Part shown: in pieces, positions 52,083 to 64,000 of the stretch
How positions within the stretch are numbered: position 1 is the stretch's first letter
How the letters are laid out: each line of letters starts with the position of its first letter
NCBI RefSeq assembly: GCF_964355755.1
Contig: NC_092679.1
Span: 1,580,201 to 1,644,200 of the forward strand
DNA from: Antedon mediterranea
Lineage: Eukaryota > Animalia > Echinodermata
Reading direction: 5' to 3'
DNA: 64,000 nt
Translations under genes and position numbers: made by a program
Notes under the pieces: generated by a model
Seen by the model: only the letters and a program-made list of their open reading frames with translations
Database searches by the model: none
What the model was told of the DNA's origin: nothing

Positions 52083-54299
52083 ACTGTTATGTTATAATAT
52101 ACATTGACCAGAGGTGGATTTATGGGAAGCGGTTATGTTTATACTAGAAAGATACAAAGTAACATCATATCACTGCTTAATTTATTTTCTAAATTATAAA
52201 GTGATTTAGTCAATATCGTTCCTGGTTACCTGGATAAACTGACAATAGCCCTCTCTCTTGAGAGAGAATACAATTACGAAATGAAGAAAATCTGTTAAGC
52301 ACCCCTATCGGATTTCCTTTCATATCGCCGTGGTGTGTATATGTTTATTTATTATTAAAAGTCAAGATTACATAAAAATTGAATCAATTTTGGGTGGACA
52401 CAATTTGCATGATTCAACTTTTTTAATTAAGGACAAAATTGTTCATTACCTTAGGAATATTAAAGACCTGGTCCAAAACTGGTCTTTATTACACTATCAA
52501 AAAAATGTGATGTGCCCATAAATATAATGGACATGATGATGTCATATCACTACCATATATGGGCATATTACTACCATATTTGGGCACAAACTAGTTTGAT
52601 GGTGTAGTAGACAGAGCTTTAGGAAGAATTCCTCTGCTTTGTATTTGAGGTGTTTTGATCTGTTTAATACACACACCATCTAATCTTTGTATGTCAATTT
52701 AATATATTATCAGATTTATACAGTAGTTCAAATAACACCTGTTCCTAAGATTGTCTATAATTTTATACAATTGAAACTTTCCTGGGACCCTTAAAAGTAA
52801 AACAACCTTTTGCAGCTGTTTCTTATGGATATGTGAATGAACATTTGTTGTTAAATATTAAGTGCAGAAATAAACTCTGCAAAATACTGGAATTCCAGTG
52901 TTTTTATTTTAGGTTATTTTTCACTCTCTGATTTTATCAAATGAATGATAATAAAAAATGAAAGTTTATCTAAGACCTTCAAACGAATATGCTTTCATCA
53001 ATTTGTTTTTTTTATGTTATTGAACTTTCATATTATGTATTATATTGTAATTATATAACAAAAATTGTTTTAAAATAAAAAACAAATTCACTTAATCAAG
53101 CATGAGTATGTGTTGTTTATTATTCAAAGTGTTATTGTTGTAGTTCACATACATTATACATTTATACTTATAAGTACCTGTATTAATATACATTTGATTG
53201 TGTGTGGAGATTAAAATAAGCCAAATGTATCTAAATGCACAGAGGTATGTCTAGTATAATAACTTGTATGTAAATTTATTTGAATAAGTGAAGAATCTAC
53301 TAAGTTGTCTCTCATCCACATATCAATGACCTTTGACATCAATTTACCCACTATTCAATAATTAAAATTTGCTAAATATGTTAATGTGATGGCCTACCAC
53401 AGTCTTGATATTAGCTTAATGTTTCATGCATTTTAAGACCAAACTATACCTATTACTGTCTCGACCATTATACACTATACCTATTACTGTCATGGCCATT
53501 AGTGCCTATACAATCTCACATTTAAGAGTAAAGCGCAGGATTGGCTGTTTTGTATTTGTATCTGCTTTTTTCTGTCGCCTTAGTGACATTTAACTAGTGT
53601 TTCTTAACAGATTTAGGTTTATGCCAACTGATCTTGACTCAACAAGCTTATTGTGTATATTTTGCTAACTATATTGACAAGTGCTTTGTCCATTGTTGTG
53701 TATAATAGCACTGGTATTGTTAAACAGGATTGTAATATTTAAATCTATGGTAAGGCGTTGGTATATTGGATTACTATAAGTGTTATTCACCATACTGTTA
53801 GTCAGTTTATTACTAAAAATTGAGTGCCTTTTTTTTAGTACTTCTATTGATGTAGTTTCTGCATATTGACCAGTTGAACAGTTGTTGTTTACTATAAAGT
53901 CAGTATAATTTAAAGAAATTCTATTGTTATTAGTAGAGCAGAATAGTACACAGTAGTATACATACAGGTACAGTAGGTGAGTGTCAGCTGAAATAATATT
54001 TATATTTAATATATTTATTACTGTTGATTTTTGCATTTCTACTAAATGTACGATATAGGAAATGTTTTTTTTATGAAGCTCACTAGGTATGAGACTACTA
54101 CATCATTGTTGTGATTTGTCCTATGTTTTGGTTTCATATTTAATCAAATTTCATTTATGCTTAGTTATTGATCATTCACTAAGCATGACTCATCAAGATA
54201 GTAATTTATTCCTTCATAATGCGACCATGATGCAACTTATTTTAGAAGTAATCTTCAGTCAATATGCGATGCTCGGATGCAATTTCCAATGAATATCCA

Positions 54300-54650
54300 G
54301 TTTGATTTACAGTTAGTAGATGGTTTAGGTGTCTTAATAGTCTGTAAGTATCTTCCTAGAATATTCCAATTGCATTTTCTAAAAGAACATACCAGTAATG
54401 CAGACGAGGTCTGTATCTTTTTTATAGTGTTATTATGGTACAGTATCATTTTCTTTGTGTGTATCGCTGTGTGTGTCTCACTCAATATGTGTACCACCTT
54501 GTGTATAGGAGTGTCGCTGCATAGTCCCTAAATGTGACTCCCAAATTACTGTATGTCTTGTTAATCCATCAATAGGTGTGTTCTCGAGTTATTTTTTAAA
54601 GGACCGGTTTTGGTCTGTCTCCATACACACGTGGCATGTTTTGTGTTAGC
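54300..54650 (-). pseudogene. Highly degenerate LINE reverse-transcriptase C-terminal fragment
   Basis: Ordered, frameshifted motifs NLGVTF, PIHKVV, TIITL*KRYRPRLHYW resembling KDLGVTF...HI.KVV...LY...VRP.LEY. Confidence 0.4.
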
Positions 54651-55758
54651 ATGATGTTTGTACCTTAGTAACGATACTATTAATAGCTAGATTTCCATCG
54701 CCACAGGGTTTCTGTCATGCTATCCGTTCTGTCTGCTGAAAGTGACTGAACTTGGCCTAAGTTCACCACGTTACAGCATCCAATAGGGAATCAGGAATGT
54801 CTTTGTTCATCAATGTTGTTGAGTAGGCCCAATAAGGTATTATAGATTCATACTTAATATTTAATCTTTTTTGTGGAGGTCATGTGGTTACTGTTTTGCC
54901 TTTTTAATTTTATTAACTTGTCAAAGAAAAACTTACACAATTACGCCTAATAAAAGATTGTACATTATTATATTATATAAAGTTTTTTAAAAAAATTATT
55001 AATTAATAGACGTATTGTAGTAAATAGCATCTTCTTTTTCTATTTATTGTAAAAAAAATGTATTATATTTAATAACCTCCAATATTAATAAGACATTTAA
55101 TATCATTTTATTTGTGTTTTACCTCGTAAAACATTCTGCTTACTAAAAAAACCTTTGTTGTTATTTTTGCATATCTTAGTACATTCCATACTTGACACTG
55201 GGAATTCCTTAGGCCTAAAGACTCAAATTACAATCACATTGCTGCCATATACTGCACAGTCTAAACTCAAGGTCCTCTCCAAGTCATACAAACTTTTTCT
55301 GTCTCCCATATTTTGCCAAACGTCACAAGTCCGAGTTTTGGTCATGTGACATAGTTTGGTGGCCAAGAGGATGTTTAGTCACCAATCAAAATAGAGCGTT
55401 GACTTTCTGTAGACTATTCTTCCTGTGACCACTTTTGGAAATTGTTGCTTTTAATATTAAGGTTAGTTTTCCACAAATTGCCTCATTATCAATGCCTTTG
55501 TTTAGGACAGTGATTAGGATAGGGAATTCCACTTGATTGATACTGTATTTGTAAGCATTGTCTTTGTTTAGTGTTTGTAGTTTTTAGTCTCTTCTCCTGG
55601 CCACATCTATCTACCAGGGAATGTAGATTAGATTCTGTGTTGCTTGCTTAGTATTCTGCCACCATTCACTGAGGCGGTACCGGAAAACAACATGGTATGT
55701 AGAAACAGAAATAGTAAATATTGTATTTATTTTATTTTTTTTTAAATATTATTTATAG

Positions 55759-55788
55759 CAGGGAAGAGTGAAATTTTACTCTTCCCAG
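55759..55788. mobile_element. 30-bp palindromic transposon remnant with perfect 8-bp duplication (candidate P-type excision footprint)
   Basis: ATTTATAG-CAGGGAAGAGTGAAATTTTACTCTTCCCAG-ATTTATAG. Confidence 0.7.
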
Positions 55789-56899
55789 ATTTATAGTTTT
55801 ATAAGGAAATGTTATAATAGTTGAATAAGGTTTGCACTATGGTTTGCGATGTTCCAATCCATTTACTTTTGTGAAGTTGAGAATTTCTTTAAATATTTAT
55901 TTTTGTACTGTCTGCTGTATCAATGTGCAGAATGGGTTAGTATATTTACTTTACTGTGCAAAAAAATAAATTGTATGTTATAGATAGTAGTTAAACTTTT
56001 TAATTTCAGAACAATTATTTATTTTATTTTTTATATATTATTATAATGTCATTCACTCTTCCCTGATTGTGTCAATGTTGACATTTGTCCTAAGTAGACC
56101 ATCACATGGTATTACAATATTGTATACAATATTAACAATCAACTTCATAATTCATGCATGAACGGCTCCAAAAGCACTCAAGCATGACTCTCAATTGATT
56201 TTGAGTTCATCTTTGTCTACAACAAAAGCCAGTAGGCTAGTTTGTATACATTAATCCAGTACATAATGTCCTACAGTCTAGGAAGGACGTCGTCGACGAC
56301 ATTATACGTGTTGGAAGCAACATGTGAAATTCATAATTGAAGCAGTGGGGATCCTGCGGGTTTATCGGCATTGGGATAAGTCTGGTTTAGGAAATCCTTT
56401 GTTTCAGAGGAAACTTTGATGTCATCGATATTAATTTATTAGCTGGAATTTTTTCAGCTGTTCAATGTTTTCTTTTGTGTGCAATAATTATTTTTGTGGA
56501 ATATTATCAGCTAGTTTCATGTACAGTAGTTATAAGACTAAATATGGTAAGGTTTTATTTCATTGGATGTCTTTATTTTACAAAGAATGTAATATTAATG
56601 TTATTTGTAAATGATATTTGTCTAGTTTAGGAATGTCTTTGTTCCAGATGTATTCATGCGTGTGTCATTAGGAATGGTAGGTTTTGGGCTAACAATACAA
56701 TACATTTATTTTCACCTTTTTATCACTCACAAAGAATATGTAGAAATTTACATTCAAGATTTTTTTTAAATAACAAACTTTCTGGATTTGTGTTTTATTG
56801 TTGGAAAAATATAGAAAAAAAAATTGAAATCGATTATTATTGCATTAAAACGTTCTATTATTTTTTTAGACTGATCCTCGTGTTGTAGGCTATAGAGTC

Positions 56900-59711
56900 A
56901 TGGCTGCCGGTGGTGTAGGTGGAGGAGGAGGGGGGAATGTGGCTTTCCCTCATGGTGCCAATCTTAACGATATACCTGCCCTTCAAGCGATCTACATGGT
57001 CCCCCCAAACCAACAACCTCAACCGCCTGTCTCTATATCGTCCGTAAGCCAAGAACTCATTGACGAAGCAGACATTTCAAAATTAATGAGTGGTATGGAT
57101 TGCCATGGCGATGAACGACAATCCCTGAGTGATATGGAAAAGTTTTTTAACAACAGCCTGCTCAGCGATATAAAATTGCGTGTTGGAGAGGTTACATTTT
57201 TCGCTCATAAGCTGATTCTCGTCCGTTCAAGTGAAGTGTTTGAGAGAATGCTGAGTGCTGATTGGATTGATCCTAACAAAGGGGTAAGAAAAAAGTTTTG
57301 ATAATAATTGTCATCTAGAATCATAGAACAATGGCAAAAATATAATATTCTTTATACTTAAATGAAATGGTTAATATTACAATTATATGACTATGGTACT
57401 ACATGTACTATCAATAATTGTAGTTCAATTTCCCTGTTCAAATTGAGTATCAACATCTTATTTCTCATTGTATTTAAATTTCTATTGTTAATATGTGTTA
57501 GAAGAATTATTTACATTGTTCAAAGCTATTACTGTGTTTACTTTGCTATATTGATTTCTTGATGAAAGAAACTCTGTTACTATTGTAATATGTCAATATA
57601 TCTTAATAATTGTGATGACATCACAACTAATTTTGTGAGCTGATAACAATAGATATACATAGGTGTGCTGCAGACATTAAACGCTTGATTGCACATGACA
57701 ATAACAATTCTGGTGTCGATAAACAATGAATATGAAATAAAGGATATTTTTTATGGTCTGTGCATCTGAAATTACAGTCATTAATACTTGGTATCTTATT
57801 AAATTATACCAGTAAATATTAACGTAAAATTTAAAGCTAGAGGTACTTAGGATTAAAGTTTGCTAGATAACAAACCAAACTGTGCCAAATTCATAAGTAC
57901 AAATTGGCAAGAAGTGGAAACAGTTAATTGTTACTTGGCTTGTTTTCATTTAAACTGTTCCAAAACAAAATTCAGCAAATGCCAAACAAATTAATTGTTG
58001 GCATAAATAGAATTATATCATCACTGATATTCAGAATAAATTATCATTTGATATGTGTAGGAGGTAGATATGTAAACATTTCCTTTTCCTTTAAATATAC
58101 ATTTACAATTATAAATGTTATAAGAACAGGAGATGAGACCTTCTTTTAACCATGGTTAATTCTGAATCATTTTTATGTTAAAGATGTATTGTTTCCCATA
58201 AACATGAAAAATGAAAATTAATGAAATCAGACTTTTTGCAGTTTTAATAGAGTTTTTCTGTTCTTACTTCTGTAAAAAAACAATAATCATTTCACTTATA
58301 AAAAGACAAAATAAATGGTTATTTTCAACCAAAAGCCCATTATCTGACAGACAATTTAAGCATTTTTTGCTTTAAATTACATTTTTTTTCAGGTAATTTC
58401 TTCTTTTTTTTCGATCCAGTTTTTGGTCAAAGTGAATTAACTAAACTAAGTAACTATTATGTGACATTAAAATGGCATATTCAACAAATAAAATTTTTTT
58501 TTTAGGTTTCACAATAATGTTTAAATATTTCCATGTAATTTTATTTTTGAACAAAGAGCTTATCTAAAATTATTGTTAAATAAACTACTCGCACATGTTT
58601 TTTTATAATTTCATAGGAGTTGGAACTCGTCGAAGAACCAGAATGTCTTGATGTATTCCCATCATTTCTACGATTCTTGTACGGGTGCCACATAGTACTA
58701 ACAACTGAGAACACGCTACCGGCCCTCATGCTGGCAGACAAGTACAACGTCGCCGATCTACGAAGGGTATGCATTCATTTCGCAATGACCAATATAATAC
58801 CAAAACTTCAGCTTAAAGACGTATTTCATATTTGGTATCAGTATGCAACAAAGTGCTATCATCAGCGACTCATCACAAACTGTATACAAGCGCTCTCTCC
58901 GAAAGCTGACGACATCATGTCCATGCCGGAATGGACTCACGAATGGTTAAACCTTGATAAAGAACAATTGACAGAGTTTTTACGCAGCTCTGATTTGACA
59001 ATCCGAAACGAGATTACTTTATTTTATGCTGTAGTTAAGTGGATCGAGTCGGCAACACATCCTAATCGGATGCAAAACAGCGAAAAACTTCTACGCGAGC
59101 TGATGCATTTTATTCGGTTTCCGATGATGACGCCAGAACAATTAGATGCCCTTGAGCATCATAAGATTATTGAACAGCACAAAGATCTTTTTCTACCGTT
59201 ACTTCTACAAGCCTATAAATTCAACTCGCTAACACTGGAGCACCGCGCAAATAATAAAGACTTTACGACTTCATCCTTCTTACTGAGAAATTACACAGAC
59301 CTACGTTGGGATAAACGTATTGTTCTAACCGGTTATTCGCAGTATATAAAAGTCTCGGAAGTTATGCCTCGTTTCTCAACACGTTCCTCAGCCTATCCGC
59401 ACACAAGTTGGGACTGGGAAATTAAAATTTACCCTAAGGGGTCGTCGTCAACTAACGATGATTTCCGTGCCATCTTATATTCTAACGTGGTCCTAGATCA
59501 GCCTAGGCCAATGGAGTACTTGCTGTCGTTGGTGAGTAATAACGCCGTCTTGCGTACTGTATCAGGAAAAAAGAACTTTTCGAAAACGAGGTATCAAGTT
59601 GATACTGAGATTGATAAGAAAGTGACGTTGGAGGAGTTGATGGCTCCTGGTTGCCCGCTTCTTATCAATGATTCTGTTGTACTACAGGTTTCTATCAAGC
59701 CATTACAATGA
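56900..59711 (+). CDS. BTB/POZ-BACK protein (BTBD17-like) with MATH-like C-terminal region; exons ~56870-57283 and 58617-59711
   Basis: BTB LSDIKLRVGEVTFFAHKLILVRSSEVFERML, FLRFLYG, LADKYNV; BACK LRSSDLTIRNEITLFYAVVKW...IRFPMMTPEQL; WEIKIYPKG. Phase-0 intron. The true start may be upstream (see findings). Confidence 0.85.
58182..58530. mobile_element. Degraded relative of the Kolobok-type element
   Basis: TTAA-AGATGTATTGTTTCCC start and TTTTTGGTCAAAGTGAA...TAACTATTATG near the end; right TIR unclear. Confidence 0.45.
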
Positions 59712-59721
59712 ACTACAGCAG

Positions 59722-59962
59722 ATTAAGGGGACACCTTCAGGACCCAACAAAATAACTTAATAGTGTCCTGGGGGTTTCTAATGAATATGGATATCTCATA
59801 GTGTTGAAAAATATATTGGCCCTCCTTTGTTCACTATTTATATTAAGAGGACACTGTCAAAACCCAACAATTGTCCCCTTAATTAGTGTCCCGGTTTTCA
59901 ATGAATAAGGATTTTCCGTAGTGTTAAAACATATATTGCCCCCCCCCCCCTTCGTTCATTAC
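59722..59962 (+). repeat. Diverged ~120-bp direct duplication just after the BTB gene stop
   Basis: ATTAAGRGGACAC...ACCCAACAA...TAGTGTCC...TAGTGTT...TATATTG...GTTCA twice. Confidence 0.7.
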
Positions 59963-60384
59963 TAGGTGCCGCCTCTCCCCCTCCCCCTTAGAATAGTTTG
60001 TACTGCTCAATGTGAACTGATTTTCAAAATATTGAATACAAATTTAACAAACAAGATTAATGTTTGATTTGCCAAATTATTATGTAAAATATTAATTTTT
60101 AACATTAATATATAGAATATATTAATTGATTACAAACTTATTGAAAGTTTGCAGTTGTTTGTGAAGTTGTAGAAAAACTGTAACCATTTTATTATTTAAT
60201 GTGTGTTGGCTATTTTGGCGGATTTTTATCTATTATTTATTATCTATTTTAGAATATTATATAGATCTGTATGTCTTGGAATTAGTCATTGCAACATTCA
60301 GTATGAAATAAATTTAATAAATGGATCATCATCGATATGAACTGTTAAGTTAATTAACTTGTGTGTGCATTAGAATATACTTAA

Positions 60385-60890
60385 AGATGTATTGTCCCTT
60401 AAAACACAAAAAATATCAAAAGGTCAAAATATTCTAAATTTAAATTGACCATATCAAAGTAATATTAATGTTATTCGCTTTTACGTAATTAACAGGTAAA
60501 TTAATTTGATTACATTTCGTCTGGAAATTCGTCGCGAGCGAAACTAAACAAAGATTTCAAACCACGAGTATGCATTATATACATTATTGCATTATTATGC
60601 ATGATGCTAATTAGGATTGTTTACAACCTCGTCACGGTTGAGAAGGTGTTTTCACACAGATCGCGAGGAAGTTTTATGATTATGCATACAGAGTAGCCAA
60701 ACAAACACGTTGCATTATGAGATATGTTTTGATCGAAACCTTTGACTGGAAGTCAAAGTTATTTTTTTTAAACAAAAAACGTCTGTATTTTAGTTAAATG
60801 ATTTTTTTTTCAGACTAATTTTTGGTGAAAGTGAACAACTATTATGATACCACTTTTTTTTTAAATATTTTATTTTAAGACAATACATCT
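60385..60890. mobile_element. Second copy of the Kolobok-type element, downstream of the BTB gene
   Basis: TTAA-AGATGTATTGTCCC...GACAATACATCT-TTAA; co-linear with 38845-39363. Confidence 0.8.
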
Positions 60891-60960
60891 TTAACTAACT
60901 CAAAGAATAAATGAAAATGAAAATAAATTGTTGTTTACGTTTTTCATTTGTTTTGCATTC

Positions 60961-61747
60961 ATTCCCACTAGAGACGCGACGCAAAGACCTACGCGCAACG
61001 ACATCGACTTGACCAATGACAAGCCACTGTTTGAATATTCCATCGCTTGTGATTGGTCAAAACACTTACGTTACGTTATGTCCTTGCGTTACGTTGCTAA
61101 TGGGAACCAAGCTTTAGGCTTACAATCAATTACAGTATATCGTAGTATCAGCTATCAGGGGATATATTGTAGCGATTTTAAACTTTAGACCAATTGCTGT
61201 ACTACCAATTTCCTGATAATATTTGATATATGTTATTTATATTCTTCGACTCGAGCAAACTGAAGCGTGGTTCCCACTAGCGACGCAACGCAAGGACGTA
61301 ACGCAACGCAAGTGAATTGACCAATCACAAGCGATGGCTTATTCGCTTGTGATTGCTAACTTTCTATAACTTCGCTTGTCATTGGTTAAAACGCTTGCGT
61401 TGCGTTTATACGTCCTTGCGTTACGTTCTAGTGGGAACCAAGCTTTATTGGTGATAAAACGTAAACGAAAGTTTCGACCCATACAAATACAAAAATTCCG
61501 TAATACAGTACAGAACATAAGTATTTGCAAAAACCCCAACGCATTTCACACGTTTTCGTTGAGTTTGACGTGTGGTGTTTTAAGACGACCGTTCGCACTA
61601 ATGCTTGGTTCCCACTGGAGACGAAACGCAAGGACGTAACGCAACGTAAATGAGTTGACCAGTCACAAGCAATGGATTATTCCCTTGTCATTGGTCAACA
61701 CGCTTGCGTTTACGTCCTTGCATAGCGTCCTAGTGGGAACCAAGCTT
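60961..61747. mobile_element. MITE family B, right cluster (three copies: ~60961-61113, 61264-61444, 61601-61747)
   Basis: Same TIR and internal sequence. 61264-61444 is nearly identical to 5719-5896 and to the reverse complement of 5037-5215. Confidence 0.9.
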
Positions 61748-62679
61748 TAACTCATCCCATGATATTGCAAAACGTGGCACGGACTTTTCTCCGACAACTT
61801 GACCGCATTAGGGCTCAGTGTGAACGTAGTTTTAATTACACTTCAAGGAAAAAAAACAAAACAGAATTTACATCTTGTACTGATTGACCTAAATAGAAAA
61901 TCCCAAATTACAGATATGCTACAGTATTTATTGGTCCTATTGAAGATTAAATCTGAGATTTGATTCTAATCTATTGACCTTTCTCATACCAATAATCCGA
62001 CAATAGAACAACATCATTCCCCAGGGCTTACAACACCTGACCATAGGGTATTTCAATCCAGTATATTTTTCAACATGTATTATTTTAAGGCCCTGTATTA
62101 ACAGACGCAACGTATGTGAGATTCTTACAAATTATATAGCTATTAACTTTCCCAATATGGGAATTAATAAATACCTCCCCTGAAAAAAAGTTACGAAAAT
62201 AATCAGAAAGCACGATGTTCTGACATTTATTGATGTCCAACCCAATGATTGTGAATATTAGCTCTTATGACATCTTCGATTCAATATTTGGTCAGCAATT
62301 AATATTACCGTATTAGGTTATCTGCTACTTGGAAAATTTCTCTACAAAAAAAGTAATAAATATATTAAAATCCGCTGAAATATGTTTCTGCTATTAAAAA
62401 TTAAAATGTAGTTACTTGTGGATCACGTATAGTATTACTATTAGTAATGTAGTGTAGTGACCTTAAAATGCATTACTCGATGTATGCAGCTTTTCAAACT
62501 AAAATTAACGTTTCTTTGAGGTTAAACTGGCTTATACCAAACGAACTTAAGCCTATGAATCATTCAAAACAATACATCATTATAAGAAAAACGTGATCAG
62601 CCTGAATGCTCAATATTTAAATTTTTATCAACTTTTTTTACGATGGATAAAACGTCGCCCTCTATTGTCATGACCATAG

Positions 62680-62770
62680 CTACCATTCCGGTTACTTCAA
62701 AAACAAGTTTTCGTCGTGAATTTAGTTTTATTTATAGTTTGTTAAATCTTAATGAATAGAACCATTTCCA
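62680..62770 (+). other. Candidate first exon of an unidentified downstream gene
   Basis: ETS-like TTCCGG, local CpGs, donor CCA|GTAAGT at 62770, then a TAGGCCTA cluster as seen in other first introns. Confidence 0.4.
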
Positions 62771-63148
62771 GTAAGTTTAATAATGTAGTCATAGTGAACT
62801 GCAATAACAGGATAGCTATTCACTAGCAGCTGGGCAGTTAAGTGGTGGTAGGCTAGGTAGGCCTGCCCTAGGCCTAGAAAAATAGGATCGGAGGATCGGA
62901 GAGGAGGAGGAGCAGACCAGGTGGTGCCACACACAGTCACAGTGTCAGTAGTTACTACTAGGCCTAGGCTAACTATACCCTCACATTCCGCTCCTAGCTA
63001 AGCATGAGCCTCATGTCTTAGTTGTATTGGTGGTGGGTGGTTCTCTATCGGTGCGGTAGGCCTATGAGTATGCCATTGAATGGACTAATATTAATAACAA
63101 TAATATAACAAGGTTTACCACAAGTTAGGGCTAAATAGAAATATAGTG

Positions 63149-63268
63149 TGCGCGATGCCATGATGGGAGGATTTGGGAGCAAACGTCATGGTGCGTACAT
63201 ACGTTTTGTTGCCTGTTTTTACGCGCCGTGACGTTTGCTCTCAAATTCCTATCATGCATTGTGCAATG
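63149..63268. repeat. Imperfect ~120-bp hairpin, probable MITE
   Basis: CATGATGGGAGGATTTGGGAGCAAACGTCATGGTGCGTA pairs with TACGCGCCGTGACGTTTGCTCTCAAATTCCTATCATG. Confidence 0.7.
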
Positions 63269-64000
63269 ACATTCCCTCGCGAAATCAAGCTATTTACAAT
63301 AAACCTTATATGAATAAAACAGTTTGTCAGACAATCAACACTACCGCAGCATGGTGGATGACATGGATGGCCAATTTCAACCACTTGTTGTAGAGCTGCT
63401 CATAATCATAACCATACTTGACAACATACTTGTTATTATTCCTATAAGGTTCATGATGACAGCAGTAACAAAGGCACCCAATGTGAACAGCACTATTGAA
63501 CATCTACAAGAGTTAGGTAGGATAACCTCTCAATAACAAGAATAATAATAATGATATAGAATGATCATATAATATTAATAATGACAAGTTGATATTATAC
63601 ATAGCCTACTACTAAAAAGTGAACTTTTAAAAAGTATATATAATTTATAAAAAATATATTTCATGCATAGTAGTTGAGAGATGAGACATATACATGTGTT
63701 TAATTTCTTTTTTATTTCAAAAAAATTATTTAGGTGATCGTATGAGAACATCTGAATATACATTCCAAGATGCAGATGTGGATTTACTAAATGCTATCTC
63801 ACAATCAATAAAAGATTTGGTAAATATTTAATTTAAAGTTTATTTCTTGAATAAAACACAAGTTTTAATTAATTTAAGGGAAATTGGTAACTGATAATAG
63901 AAACTAATAACATAACCACTATACCAAGTTGTTTTCACACTCTGCGTAAACATTCATAGGATTAGTAGGCATTGGTTCACACAGAACCTAATCCGAATTT

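Noticed and set aside
54300-54400. LENAIGIF resembling a Harbinger transposase motif near the Myb/SANT gene
   Set aside because: Surrounding motifs fit a decayed LINE RT better; no DDE motifs were found.

Overview
AT-rich, intron-dense animal nuclear DNA from a non-vertebrate (lineage not determinable from sequence alone). It holds eight spliced genes: TMEM26-like (-), RTF1 (-), ERCC2/XPD (+), an unduplicated MadBub (BUB1/BUBR1 ancestor, -), a d4/DPF (requiem) BAF subunit (+), PNPT1 (-), an MSANTD3-like Myb/SANT gene (+) and a BTB-BACK gene (+). The first exon of a ninth gene may lie near 62.7 kb. The six central genes form three tight head-to-head pairs. Non-coding DNA is packed with non-autonomous elements: two PIF/Harbinger-type MITE families (TWA target), TTAA Kolobok-type elements, TA mariner-type MITEs, tRNA-derived SINEs, LINE remnants and tandem repeats. 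I found no operon-like novel multi-gene system. Most unusual signals: (1) 30-37 bp palindromes built from 17-nt termini with 7-8 bp target duplications, matching P-element-type excision footprints; (2) paired transposon copies recording gene-body CpG decay; (3) near mutually exclusive territories of the two MITE families; (4) TAGGCCTA clusters marking first introns; (5) candidate alternative exons in DPF and alternative ATG-only first exons in the BTB gene. Exon coordinates were read by eye and may be off by a few bases.
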